From Flectonema sp. DT1601 (Eukaryota), in assembly GCA_964019425.1 (NCBI GenBank), contig OZ025783.1, forward strand, positions 1 to 64,000: DNA of 64,000 bases. Direction: 5' to 3'. The translations under genes and the position numbers were made by a program. This document shows positions 21,576-32,583 of the stretch, piece after piece (the stretch's first letter is position 1; every line of letters starts with the position of its first letter). The notes under the pieces were generated by a model. That model was not told the DNA's origin, did not search any database, and was given only the letters and a program-made list of their open reading frames with translations.

Positions 21576-23218
21576 AGTAATTTTTTTCTACAGATCTCCT
21601 AAAAAAGATGGGAACACATAGCTGATCTATCCAAAAGTCTTCATAAGTCCCTGTTAACCATTTTCTTAAAATATAAAAAGTGATAGTAAGTGGTATGGTT
21701 TTGAAATTTAGGTGTATGGCTGCCAATTTAGTTAGCAAAAATTTTCTTTTTGAAATAATTTTTTCCTTCTTAATGAGTTTTGGATTTTAGGTGCCAAGCT
21801 GTGAAAAAGCAATCTTTGATTTCATTTCTTTTTGGGTAAAGGGTCTTTCCTACACAAATAGTTTCAGAACTAACCATTCTTTACAAAAGGTTGGCCTTTA
21901 TTAGTGGCTCCCTTGGGGGGGGTTGGGGGGGGGGCTGCGTTCCGCCATCCCATAGTTCTTCCCACATTTCTATTTTATTGGAAATAATGAACGATAACCT
22001 TATTAATATAACTCGCAAATTCCTATATTCCCATCCCAGGGTCACACACATTGCAGATACAGGTTCGATAAACCTGTTGTAAAATACTTCCAAATGTAAC
22101 AAACAGATAACCTAAGCCACATATCCAATCATCATAAACCTAGCCGTCGTTTTCGTGCTAGCATATTAATATAACAACAACTACAGATATCTTTCAGAAA
22201 AACAAAAACAAAGGATTGATAAAACAGGGTGCAGTGTGCATTTTCAGCTAAGGGAGGACATTTTTCATTTGTCGTCCCGTTGGGACAGAAAAGTAATAAA
22301 TAAATAAAAAGCGAAAAATGCGAAAATGCGAAAAAAAAAAGAAATTGCTTATATATAACGTTTATTTATTTTTATTTTATTTTTTTTTTTCATATTACTT
22401 TTTTTTTTTTTTTCTGCCTCTCCCTTAATCCTGTTCGTTTCTTTGAAACGAAAATTCATTTGAATATTATTCCTTGGTCGGCAACAGTCATTGTCGCCCT
22501 TTGGGCCTGTTGAAAAAAAAAAAAAAAAAAAAAAAAAAAGAAAGTTTACATCGGGAATAGGGCAGGAGCCAAAAGCTCCCAGTCCGTTACTTCCCACCTT
22601 TTCGAAAACTTATTTATAAATAAAAATTGCAGAAAAGTAATAATAATAAAAAGTTGCGATATCCCAGGGGTAGTGGTATAACCCTCGCCCTGGGGCTGGG
22701 TGATCGCTGGTTCGACCCCTGCCACTGCAATAACCCATCGCGCCCGTACACGCAATTAGTTCAAATCCCGCACCCGAAGGGCGTCCAGGGTAGGTACCTG
22801 GTAGACTCTCCTACGTTAAGACTGGGGGGAAGGGAAAATGGAAGGATTTCCATAAAGAGGCTAAAAACACACAAATAAATAAATAAAAAAAAAAAAGAAA
22901 ACCCCAGGGCTGCACAGCCGAGTGGATACCTTAAATCTCTTCGGTAGCCGTGGCAAGGGTTCAATTCCCAGGCACATTTTTTGTGTTTTTCAACCAGAAA
23001 AATTAGTAAGAAGAAAGTAGCAAGGAAAAGGGTACAAAATTGGACTTAACTTAACGCGAGCGAAGCGAGCGTAAAGTTAAGTTCAAATTTGTACCCTGGA
23101 CGGGTACCTAGCCAGGGAATAAAAACAGACGTGACTTGGTTGTAAAAATAATGTTTGTTCAGAAAGCTTAAAAAAAGAAATTGTGCGAGCAACGCGAGCC
23201 TGGAAGGGGTATCTCTAG
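21576..23218 (+). mobile_element. Helitron-like element, copy 3 (5'-deleted, ~1.64 kb)
   Basis: ~21765-23218 is nearly identical to ~19915-21455 of copy 2 (with a ~70-80-bp deletion) and has the same CTAG end followed by TGCGGGTTT. The TCTCCTATATAAT start is missing. Confidence 0.78.
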
Positions 23219-23240
23219 TGCGGGTTTGCGGGTTTGCGGG
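23219..23240 (+). repeat. Short (TTTGCGGG) array, ~3 units; innermost repeat tract
   Basis: TGCGGGTTTGCGGGTTTGCGGG, read directly. Confidence 0.9.
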
Positions 23241-24102
23241 CTTATGTGATGCACATTGTGCTAGGACTGAAAGTACGAGGCAGAGAACTTCTCCACCCGT
23301 CCCTGCGCCTCCGCCTTATTGATCTCGGACCATTTGGGAACTATTGTTTCCCAAAAGCTGCGGATTTTGTAGAGCTTGTCAGCAGGTACGGGGTTGGTGA
23401 CAGTGTAAAACTTTAGATTGGTTCGAATTTAGAGGAACCGATCTCAGGAAGCGAAGTGGGGTGTGTACGCTGGGTCTGATGTACCGTTCCTGTAATCTGA
23501 GATATTTGGCTTATCACAGAGACCCACGAGGATATTGAGTCCTAAAGAGAGTTTGAGTTCAGCTACGTTAAGATTGAGTGCCTAGTTGTTGCTGCAGTGC
23601 GAAATCATCTCATCACCTTTGGGGTGAACACAAGTTCAAATTTCTGCAGTTCCTTCATCAATTTCAGGTCTGACATGTTCTGCAAGGACCGCCGAAACGT
23701 GTGTCGTTTTACCTTGGTGATTTTCTTGCTCCATTTCAGAGGGGAAATGCTTGGCTCTATTGTACTCTCTTCATCGCTCGAAGAAGACTCAGGAGCACCC
23801 AAATCTGGGATAGGTGACCCTACTGAATCATTTTTCGATGGAAATAGTTTTAGGGATTTTAATTTTTGGCTGAAAACATGGGATAGTCATGGGCAACCTG
23901 GCTAAGACTGTCCCCCAGTGCAAAAAAAAAAAAATGAACTTTTTCTCAGAAAAAGCTGGTGATTTTTGCAGCACGATCCCACATAAAATTTGTCGTTTTT
24001 GGGCAGCTCTGGCTCCCTTGTACTCACAAGGTACATTTTTCCCCTTTGTCAAAAAAAAAAAAACGCGAAAGGCCACTATAGTGGCCTTCAGGGCTTAAAG
24101 GG
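23241..24102 (-). mobile_element. Decayed piggyBac DNA transposon (one terminus plus N-terminal transposase pseudogene)
   Basis: The minus strand begins ATAA|CCCTTTAAGCCCTG (piggyBac-type CCC end next to a TTAA-like site), with a 20-bp palindrome AAGGCCACTATAGTGGCCTT at 24069-24088. Manual translation through stops and a frameshift gives FELVFTP..., AELKLSLGLNILVGLCDKPNISDY..., S*DRFL*IRTNLKF..., DKLYKIRSFWE. This matches the piggyBac/PGBD (DDE_Tnp_1_7) N-terminal pattern. Confidence 0.75.
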
Positions 24103-27100
24103 TTATTATAAAATAAAATAAAAACATTACACAAACAAACATCATAGGGGATACCGCATCTCTTGTTGTACTGTTGTTGTAAAAGATGTCGTGAGATATT
24201 CAAACTTCTTCAATCAGGTTTCTCATCCCCGCCCTGCACTTCACTTGGCGTGGATGTCATGGTTTTTGTTTTCTTTCTTGGGATGTTGTCTGTGGGGGCA
24301 GAGAGTCATGTACATGAATTCCTTCTATTCTCATGATTGATGTCTGAATGTGAAGAAGGTGACAATCTCATTCCACTTACTAAGATAACTACTCACAGAC
24401 TAAACTGCACAAAACTGATGTTTTCTTCTTTTCTTTCTCTTTCAGTCATTTATTTTTTTTGACACCAGCCCAAAAAAACAGCTACAATGCTGTCAAAAGC
24501 ACACGGGCTGGTTCTTTTGTAAAATATTGCTCAATAAATGAAACAAATCTTCGTCAGACACCAGTCGACAGAAGAAGGATTGGGAAGAAATGTATACCCA
24601 AATATCCAATAGTTACACAGCACTTATCCAACAGAGCTGAAGCCTTTGTTGGAAGTCAGTGCCAATGACAGTCGGTTTTTCCCAACTACTTTTTCAGGCT
24701 CTCAACATGGGAAGCAAATCGCTACCAGTAAATTCCGCCTTGATATTTGAAGACTAAATTATCAGTTTTCATTAATAAAAAAAAAAAGGGATTCCCAAAA
24801 TGCAAGTGTTAACTATAAAGGGGAAAAAAACTGACAACCAAAATAAGTCAAAGGAATCTTATATTTCAAAGTCTCTCGTAGTTGATGCCACGAACTCATG
24901 TGTCATTGATCATTTTATTGTAGAATACGATACCTGATAGATGCGTTCACAACCTGAGAAAACGGATAGATCACACAACAGAGAATGCGATCAAATAATA
25001 AGATACAAAGAGCTTACGGAGTATTCTACTCTCTTCGACCTCTGAAAGCAAAGAAACGCAAACACACGGTCCAGCTGGAAAGATGATAAAGGAAAGCATT
25101 TTATACCGCCCAAAGAAAAAAGAAGAAAAAAAAATAACAGTAACAAACAAACTTACAAAGGGAAAATGAGAAATGAACAAAAGCCTGTATTTACAGCGAC
25201 CATCACGCATGATATAATTGATCTGCTTGAGGTATGAAGACGTGTCGCTTGTTTTGCGCTTTACGAAGCCAAGGGTCGCTGAAACTATGCGACCCAAGGC
25301 AAGAAATAATGGAACAGAGACGGGTCACAAAGAACCTGTGCAAGAAAGAAACTATGAGAGAAAATAGCAGAGACGTATTTCTTAAGCAGAGTTACGATCA
25401 AATAATTCATCAAAGAGAATCTGACTCTGTCAAAAGAACAGAAAGCAAGGGCTACACAACACACTTAGATCCGAAAACTATGTATTGGCGAACAAATATT
25501 ACACTATTAAGATACTAAAAAAGATTAACAACACAACTAAAAAAAAAGATAAATGAATAAACTTGTTTTCTTTTTTGATCAGAATTTTGAGCTTCAGTCT
25601 GCGCTAAACTTAATACTTACTTACCTCAGACTTTAGACGGAACTTATTTCCAAATAATAATTTGGGGATAGTTGTCATGCTGGAGACAGGATGACAACCA
25701 CCTGTGTCGGAATCACATTTCCTTCCTCTCACAATCCATGAAAAACGGATTATTCACTGTTCCCTTGGCACGCTTTCTTAGAACCTCAGCGATAAATCTT
25801 GTAGTATATTTTACGTTTTTATTTCAAAATAAAAAGATAGTTCCTTTTTTCTTGCTCACGTGGACTAAGTACACCAGATTGGTTTCCACTGCAAGTCCAA
25901 GAACACAACAACTCAATAATTCTTAAAAAATAAACGAAAAGCAACTTTTTTCAAAAAAAATGTGCTGTAGGGCCTGTCAACATATTTGTTCTATTCCGTT
26001 TTTTTTTCTTTTTTATTTTTTATTTTTTTTTTGAGTTGAAATTTGACCAAAAAAAATAAAATAAAAATTGCATTTCGACTAGGGAATAAATAGCAGCGAT
26101 GCAAGGGAAAGCGTATATAAAAAAAAAATCAAATTAAAATGATTGTAGTGCCTCACTGCACAAAAGTAACGATAATAATAGTAAGTTACAATTTTCTGCA
26201 CAAGTCGCAGTTGCAGCTGCCTTCTTTCTTTTAATGTTTTCTTCAACGTTGGTGACGCACGTTTTTTTTTATTTCTCCCCTTCTGAAAAATGAAAAGAGG
26301 GGAAACTTCTGTTGATCAAACCGTAAAACTCAAAAGATGCGCTTATGAGTTTGAGTATAGACTGTTTCTGTCTTGCTGCGGGACTTGGGTTGGTTGCAAC
26401 AAAAATTGTTTTATGGCTGGGAAAAAAAAATATAACACTTCTTACTAGCAGAAAAATCCGGTGAACATAGTACCCCAGAATAACTACACATCTGAAAACA
26501 TGTCAGATACAATGACCTTCCCAAAATTGGTAAAAGAGTAGCAGTGCTGTCTTCTTCCCTTTCGGGGAATAACAAAAACTGTCACCTACTGTGGTCTGCT
26601 TAGATACTCTAAAATAATTCTTTTTTTATTTTTTTCTAATTCTTTTTATTTTTTTTTCCAGCCAGCGTTATACTCCCCGCGGCTGTCGAAGAAAAAAAAA
26701 AAAAAAAAAAAAAAAGTTGTTTCTTTATTTATTTTAGTTCTCAACAAAATGAGGCCCCCCTGACAGCTTCTCAGTGGGTAGATTGATATTTCTCTAGAAG
26801 GAAATGAAAGAAAAAAAAAATAGTTGATAGTGCTAGATCGCAATGAAACAATACTTCATTTGCACAACAAGCAGGTGGTCGGATCACTCGGTAAGTGCTG
26901 AAAACTAAACATCGAGTGACCCTTCCAACCCCTTTTAACATAATATCCTTTACGTCGTTGTACTTTAAAGTAGCCGCATCGAACGGACGCTTTTCGCGCA
27001 CAGGGAACGAGCAGTAAAAAAGAAAAGAAAAAAAAGTTTATAGGAATTTCTGAACAGACAGAAACAGAAGTTTATCTTGTAGTAACATGTGTATTCATCA

Positions 27101-27441
27101 GTATTGTATCGAAGGATGACTTTTTGCCCTGTCGGGAGTTTTATCTGATCGTTGATTCTGGTTCGAAGTAACGAAGAACAAACAACGAAGTTGAAAATAA
27201 TGAAAGGTTTTTCTTTCAATCATTGTTTCTGTATTTAGAATGGGACTAGATGACTTGAACCGTCCAGTAGCTCTAATTATAGAAAACATGATGAACAGCT
27301 TTGACGAAACCTCAACAAAAAAATAAAAATAAAAGATTTCAGAATTGATTATTCGGTCAATACTTTCATCAGAAAGAAAGGCACTTCACTATGTCGAGAG
27401 ATGATCTGATAGGTAAAGACAAACAACTGAATATTAATATT

Positions 27442-29054
27442 CTAGTGAGCTACCTGTATACTTTCCTTTGCAATACCAATTATACACACACTACCATTTC
27501 CACTTCCATTAGAAACTCCATTCTTCGTAGTCAGCAGATCATATTCGACAGCTGACTCTGCTGAGGTAGGTTGTCCATTCTCAACGTACGCGTTTTCTGG
27601 GTATGTCTCACTTGGCCAACGTGGTGGCAGGGAATCAATTGGAGAAGCAAAAGAAGCATTCTCTTTCAACTCTGTGAAATCACCGTGAGTTGCAATGTCA
27701 TTAACATCACTCAGCAGTGGAGGTGATTTCAATTCATGTTGGATTCTTGGCGAGTCAACTGCATGTTCTGTTTTACTCTTCCTTGTGGCGAGTACCACCA
27801 AACCTGAGATGCTGATTGCACACCCAACAGCGAAGAGTACAGCATCGAGATGCTTAATTTCTCTATACTCCTGGTAGAATATTAAGCCGCTCAAAATACC
27901 CATTGCGACCCACAGCGCCTGGTAGACAGGAAGCACAAACAAAGCGTCTCTGTAAATTCTGAGCGAGCAATTCAAGTATGTGATCTGAAGGAACAAACAC
28001 GTCAACATTGGAACTAAGAACAGGAACGTGAAACCAACACTCTTCGCTGCACTGTCATCGCTTCCGTAGACAGCATTTGAAAAGAATTTTAAAACAGCCT
28101 GTTTTTGATTATATAAAACTACCCTGTCCGGGCTTCTGGGCCTTCTACGAATTTAAAAACATACTTTAGCAAACATAACACTTTGAGCACCCACAGACCC
28201 TGCAAATATTGCGTGGATTGAGGGATAGAACTGCGGCCCGAACCGAGTTACAAATACGAAATGTTTGTGTCGCGGAATGCCTTCAAGTAGGTCCAGGTTG
28301 TTGTGAAGCTGTTTTTTTTTTTTTTTTTCCTTTCTTCGTTTCTCAAATCACTTCTAACAATAAAAATGATCTTTTTCGGTCAGTCTCTTGGAATAAATAA
28401 ACATACCCAAACAGTTTCCAACACGTCTTCAATGACACCTTCCTCAACGAGTGTCCTCTGCATTATCGTAAATCCTTTCATGAAGTAGACGAGAACGAGC
28501 AACGCTATCAGAACGAATGAACCATACATTAAGAACAATGGAGCGTAAAAGTAGGACAGAAGACAAGGAGTATGAACATTGTGTTCTTCACCTGCTCCAT
28601 AAAGGCAGGCCACGATAGTACCAGTGACAGCAAGAATACACCCAATGACATCGTGTTTCGTCAACTTCTCCTTTAGAAAGACAGGCGTGATCAAAATATT
28701 AGCCACCATCGTCGACGCTCCTAATGCCGCAACCCTTGAGAGCGGTACGAAGGGCAGCGCTGCCATATCAAAAATACTTCCCATTACCATGCAAAGTAAC
28801 CCAGACCACCATTGCCACATTTTGCAACTGTTTTGCCGTTCCTCAACTGGCAGCTTTGAGTTTCTGTTGTGCGCCCATTTTTGAAGATTTACTCCAAAAC
28901 ACGAAATGAACGAGGCAGCGATAACAAGAAGAGTTCCCATCGCAACGAGTGGTGTGCTGACGGCATCTCTTCCAGTCTCGGCAGACCCGCAGACCTCGTC
29001 AACCAAAGTCAGCGTTGATATCGTTAACGTTGACGTTGGGCCATCTACCGCCAT
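27442..29054 (-). CDS. NIPA-family (DMT superfamily) probable magnesium transporter; 3 exons: 29054-28407, 28308-28165, 28098-27442
   Basis: Motifs GVNLQKWAH, WWSGLLCMVMGSIFDMAALPFVPLSRVAALGA, GAQSVMFAK and LQITYLNCSLRIYRDALFVLPVYQ. The GTATGT...CAG introns (98 and 66 nt) restore the frame. Confidence 0.88.
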
Positions 29055-29617
29055 TTTGTAGTTAAGGTAGAAGGCTGGCAGAAAGCAAAAATAAAAACAT
29101 TAAAAACATTCACCACCCATAACTAACTCACAATCTGATATTTCCATTTTGTGATCCCAACTGAGAAGAGCTTGAAGTAATGTTTCTGTTTTAGTCAAAT
29201 TAAAAAAGATGAATAAAAAACAAACAAAAAAAAAAAAATAATCTCAAAAGAAATAACAATATCTAGGGAACAAGTTTCTTTTTTGGGGGTGATAATTTAA
29301 CACGTAAAAAAAACGTTACGCTGGTACAAAATATAACAACACAAAGCAATTAATAAAAGATACGACATCATTAAAATTCCTTCAGAATGAGGAAATCGAT
29401 CCGCGGATAGCCCGCAGCTGACTTATAAGGTACGACAAGGATGACATGAATCAACTAGTAAACAACCTTTTTCTTTACTTCGTGACAATTAGTGAGGCTA
29501 GATTACGAATGGGGTGTGTCTTGGAAGACTTTTACTACTAATTTAAGCACAAAAAAGAATAGTTTGGGAGAATTGCACAAATATAAATAAGAATTCTATG
29601 AACAGCTAACTTAATAA

Positions 29618-31096
29618 TTAATTACTTCTATAAGGAGCTCTACCACTACCTAATTGAGTAATACTAAATGATGAAGATCTCGATGAAAGACCAACTGATG
29701 TCGGCATGTCAGCGGGTTGTGTTGGAGGAGTTGATTTAAGAGTTCGCCAGGAAGGACGGGACGCGAACATACTTTCATTTAAATTTACGATTGGAGCTGT
29801 TGACAGATCCGACTGCATGACGTCGTTCCAACGCTGACGACTTGGAAGTTGCTGCGAATATGAGTTCCCTCCAATTCCAGAAAAAGGATTCGGATGAATT
29901 GATAACGAGTCTGGTGGTACAGTTGATGACTCGCTGCATCGAATGTCGAGTTCAGATCCTTCGTTTCCTTCAAATCCAACGACGTGTTCATCATCAGGTT
30001 CTTCAACATAAGAATGATCAACTCCAACATCAGTCGACTCTTTAGGACGACCACATAATATAACTGTCGGCATTTCCTCTGCAGCAGACATCTCTGCGAG
30101 TACGGGTCTCTCTCGCTTTCGAACATCCGTTCTGTGAATGCAGGAGATGGTTTGATCATTCCAACGTACTTCAATCCAATCTCCTTTAGTACTTAGGATC
30201 TTAACGGGGTAGTATTCATTATTTCTCTTGGCTTCAACTGGAGGACTCGGAGGAATGACGGACATAACGGGTGAAACCGATTGCGCTGGCGGAGTGCTGT
30301 GAGATGACGTTTCGGTGTTGACGATTGCAGAAGTAGAGTTTCCGATTCGCTTGGTTGGTGAAGCTACCACAATGGGAGGAGGAGAACGAGAACGAGAACG
30401 AATTCCATTCATTGAGGAGTCGCTAGAAGATGAAATCATCGGTCGCGATCTTCCCTGAGCGACGGTTGGCGACCTACTTCTGTGTCGATACTGTTTTGTG
30501 TCATCACTCAGCCACTGCTCTGATTCAACACAGTTTGGAATAGACAACGGCTCTGTGAGTGGTGTCTGTGACGGCTTCGACTTTAATATGACGGAATCGA
30601 TAACCTGAACGGTGAGACATATCGAAACTGGAACTCCATCTTTTTGCAAAACTACTTCTTTTGTAGCTAATGTCGGGGGTGGAGTTGACCCTCTGCTGCT
30701 ACTTTGGGTGTTGCCACTGTTTAGATCCATTGGAATTTGCTGCAGAGATGCAGCAAGTTCTTCAAAATAGAGAGCGCAAACATCGAGTTTCTGTTCAAAG
30801 ATTCCGACCAGTTTCTCTTCGTTATTTCCATTTCGCACAGCTTCCATTAGTGTAAAGCCGAGCTGCTTTTTTTTCCTTTCTATCAAAGTTGTGTTAAATT
30901 CTAAACATTCATCAATTCGATAAACTCCATTCTCATCAACAGTTCCAACAGTTGTAGTACCCTTGTGCTTTCCCTTCGACCATCTCACAGCTAAACGAGC
31001 ACCAGGTACCCTCCCTTTTACTACAACCTTTTTAATTGTGATTCTCATCCCTACTGTGATGCCCGTACTTCGTAATCTCCTGAAGACCGATGGCAT
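29618..31096 (-). CDS. Hypothetical protein with N-terminal NT-C2 (EEIG1/EHBP1-like) domain and low-complexity S/P-rich tail
   Basis: 492-aa ORF. The N-terminus (LAVRWSKGKHKGTT...FNTTL...KKQLGFTL) resembles NT-C2. An AG acceptor lies just upstream of the ATG. Confidence 0.65.
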   Translation of the reverse strand: MPSVFRRLRSTGITVGMRITIKKVVVKGRVPGARLAVRWSKGKHKGTTTVGTVDENGVYRIDECLEFNTTLIERKKKQLGFTLMEAVRNGNNEEKLVGIFEQKLDVCALYFEELAASLQQIPMDLNSGNTQSSSRGSTPPPTLATKEVVLQKDGVPVSICLTVQVIDSVILKSKPSQTPLTEPLSIPNCVESEQWLSDDTKQYRHRSRSPTVAQGRSRPMISSSSDSSMNGIRSRSRSPPPIVVASPTKRIGNSTSAIVNTETSSHSTPPAQSVSPVMSVIPPSPPVEAKRNNEYYPVKILSTKGDWIEVRWNDQTISCIHRTDVRKRERPVLAEMSAAEEMPTVILCGRPKESTDVGVDHSYVEEPDDEHVVGFEGNEGSELDIRCSESSTVPPDSLSIHPNPFSGIGGNSYSQQLPSRQRWNDVMQSDLSTAPIVNLNESMFASRPSWRTLKSTPPTQPADMPTSVGLSSRSSSFSITQLGSGRAPYRSN

Positions 31097-31478
31097 CGTG
31101 TGATGGTGTGGCCTGATGAAATCGAATAATTATTATTTGATATGCCTTGTTTTTGTAATAGTTGTTATTGATCCTGTCAAACAAGAGAAAATAAATAATC
31201 CATCACACAAAGCTGACTACTTTATTGCCGACGCTCAAGAACTCGCGTCTTTGCGCAGACTAAAATTGATTGTTGAATGTCAACTGAAGTGTACTTGGTC
31301 AGGTGGTCGTTACGTGGATGCTGTGAAATTTTGGCATGCGCGACTGCAAAAAGTAAAACCCTTTTGGTCGTAAAGGGTTTCTCATCTCTGACTATCAGCG
31401 CCAAGCCCTATGCAACCAACCACATTATACTTCACCCTCAGGAATTACTGGATAAGATCAATTATCATTCTAACTGCA

Positions 31479-31988
31479 CTATGACTCTTTGTGCCGAGCT
31501 ACTAGATCGAGTTCTGTTGTTTCAAGTTTCTCGAGAATCTGAGCCACAACTAAGTGGTCATCAATTTTCTTCATTCCGATGTACATGTCAAAGTCGTTAT
31601 CTGAAACACCAGACTTCTCTTCGATTTGTTTTTTAATTTTCCAAATCGAAGTGTCAACAGAAATCCCATCCAAAGATATTTCTCGAAGTGACTCGAAGAT
31701 CGGAGGGAGGTCAGCTTCGGTTTTCGGCTTCGGTGGCTCCTCTACAGTCGTCTCTGAAGACGAGTTTGAGGATGACGGGATGCCGCTCTCTTCCGGCTTA
31801 AATACTTCGAGTCCTAATCCTCCCCAAAATTCGTGGAATTCATCCTCACGATAAAAACTTTCTTCACTCATGTTTTTAAAAGTATCTTTTGGTCCTTCAT
31901 ATGTTATCGTTGCACCACCAACTGTGACACTCCTTTTGATCACGTCACCGCAATATCTCCTCGCTGAGGATCCCCACACGCGGAGCAT
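31479..31988 (-). CDS. Hypothetical protein; possible mitochondrial presequence and C-terminal ubiquitin-like fold
   Basis: 169-aa ORF starting MLRVWGSSARRY. The C-terminal SVDTSIWKIKKQIEEKSGV...MYIGMKKIDD has a Ubl-like pattern. Confidence 0.6.
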   Translation of the reverse strand: MLRVWGSSARRYCGDVIKRSVTVGGATITYEGPKDTFKNMSEESFYREDEFHEFWGGLGLEVFKPEESGIPSSSNSSSETTVEEPPKPKTEADLPPIFESLREISLDGISVDTSIWKIKKQIEEKSGVSDNDFDMYIGMKKIDDHLVVAQILEKLETTELDLVARHKES

Positions 31989-32583
31989 CTCTTTTAATAT
32001 TAACTAGTATGAAGAAGTTAGACGTATTCCAAGGTTCCAACAAACTAGAATGGTAAGCAGACTAAAGAACTTTTACAAAAACTGACTGAAATACAAAAAT
32101 GTTTCAAAATATATCTCAAAACATGCCGTCATCCTCCCATATATGATTTGCAATATCTCAAACGTTCCTGCTCTCACCCACCTCTTACTTTGGAGGAGGC
32201 AACTCTCTTGCCAGAAACCTTGAGAAGCAACCCATTTACCGATTGTTGGTTTATGATAAAAAGAAATTAAATAAAAAGAAAATTAAAAATGAAAATTCTC
32301 AAGCACGTAATTCTACCAAAAGTATACTAATACGTGAAAGGTGAAGTCTGTAAGTGTTTCGAACATTCTTATATTCAACAGCGGTGAAGGCCTTTCAGCC
32401 CAGCCGATGAAAACGTCGGTACGGGTTTTCACAGTGGAAGTCGTCACCAACAAAAATACTTAAAAAAAGAAGAAAAAATATAAAAAAACTTTTGAATCGA
32501 AAAACAGAAGTACTTCTAAACTCTAAAAACTGTTCATTATTTCTTCCGTTGAATATTTCTATTCATAAACAGATTAAGGTTCC

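Noticed and set aside
11877..23240. CRISPR-like repeat-spacer structure
   Set aside because: The intervening blocks are kb-sized homologous mobile elements, the repeats are microsatellite arrays, no cas genes are present, and the context is eukaryotic.
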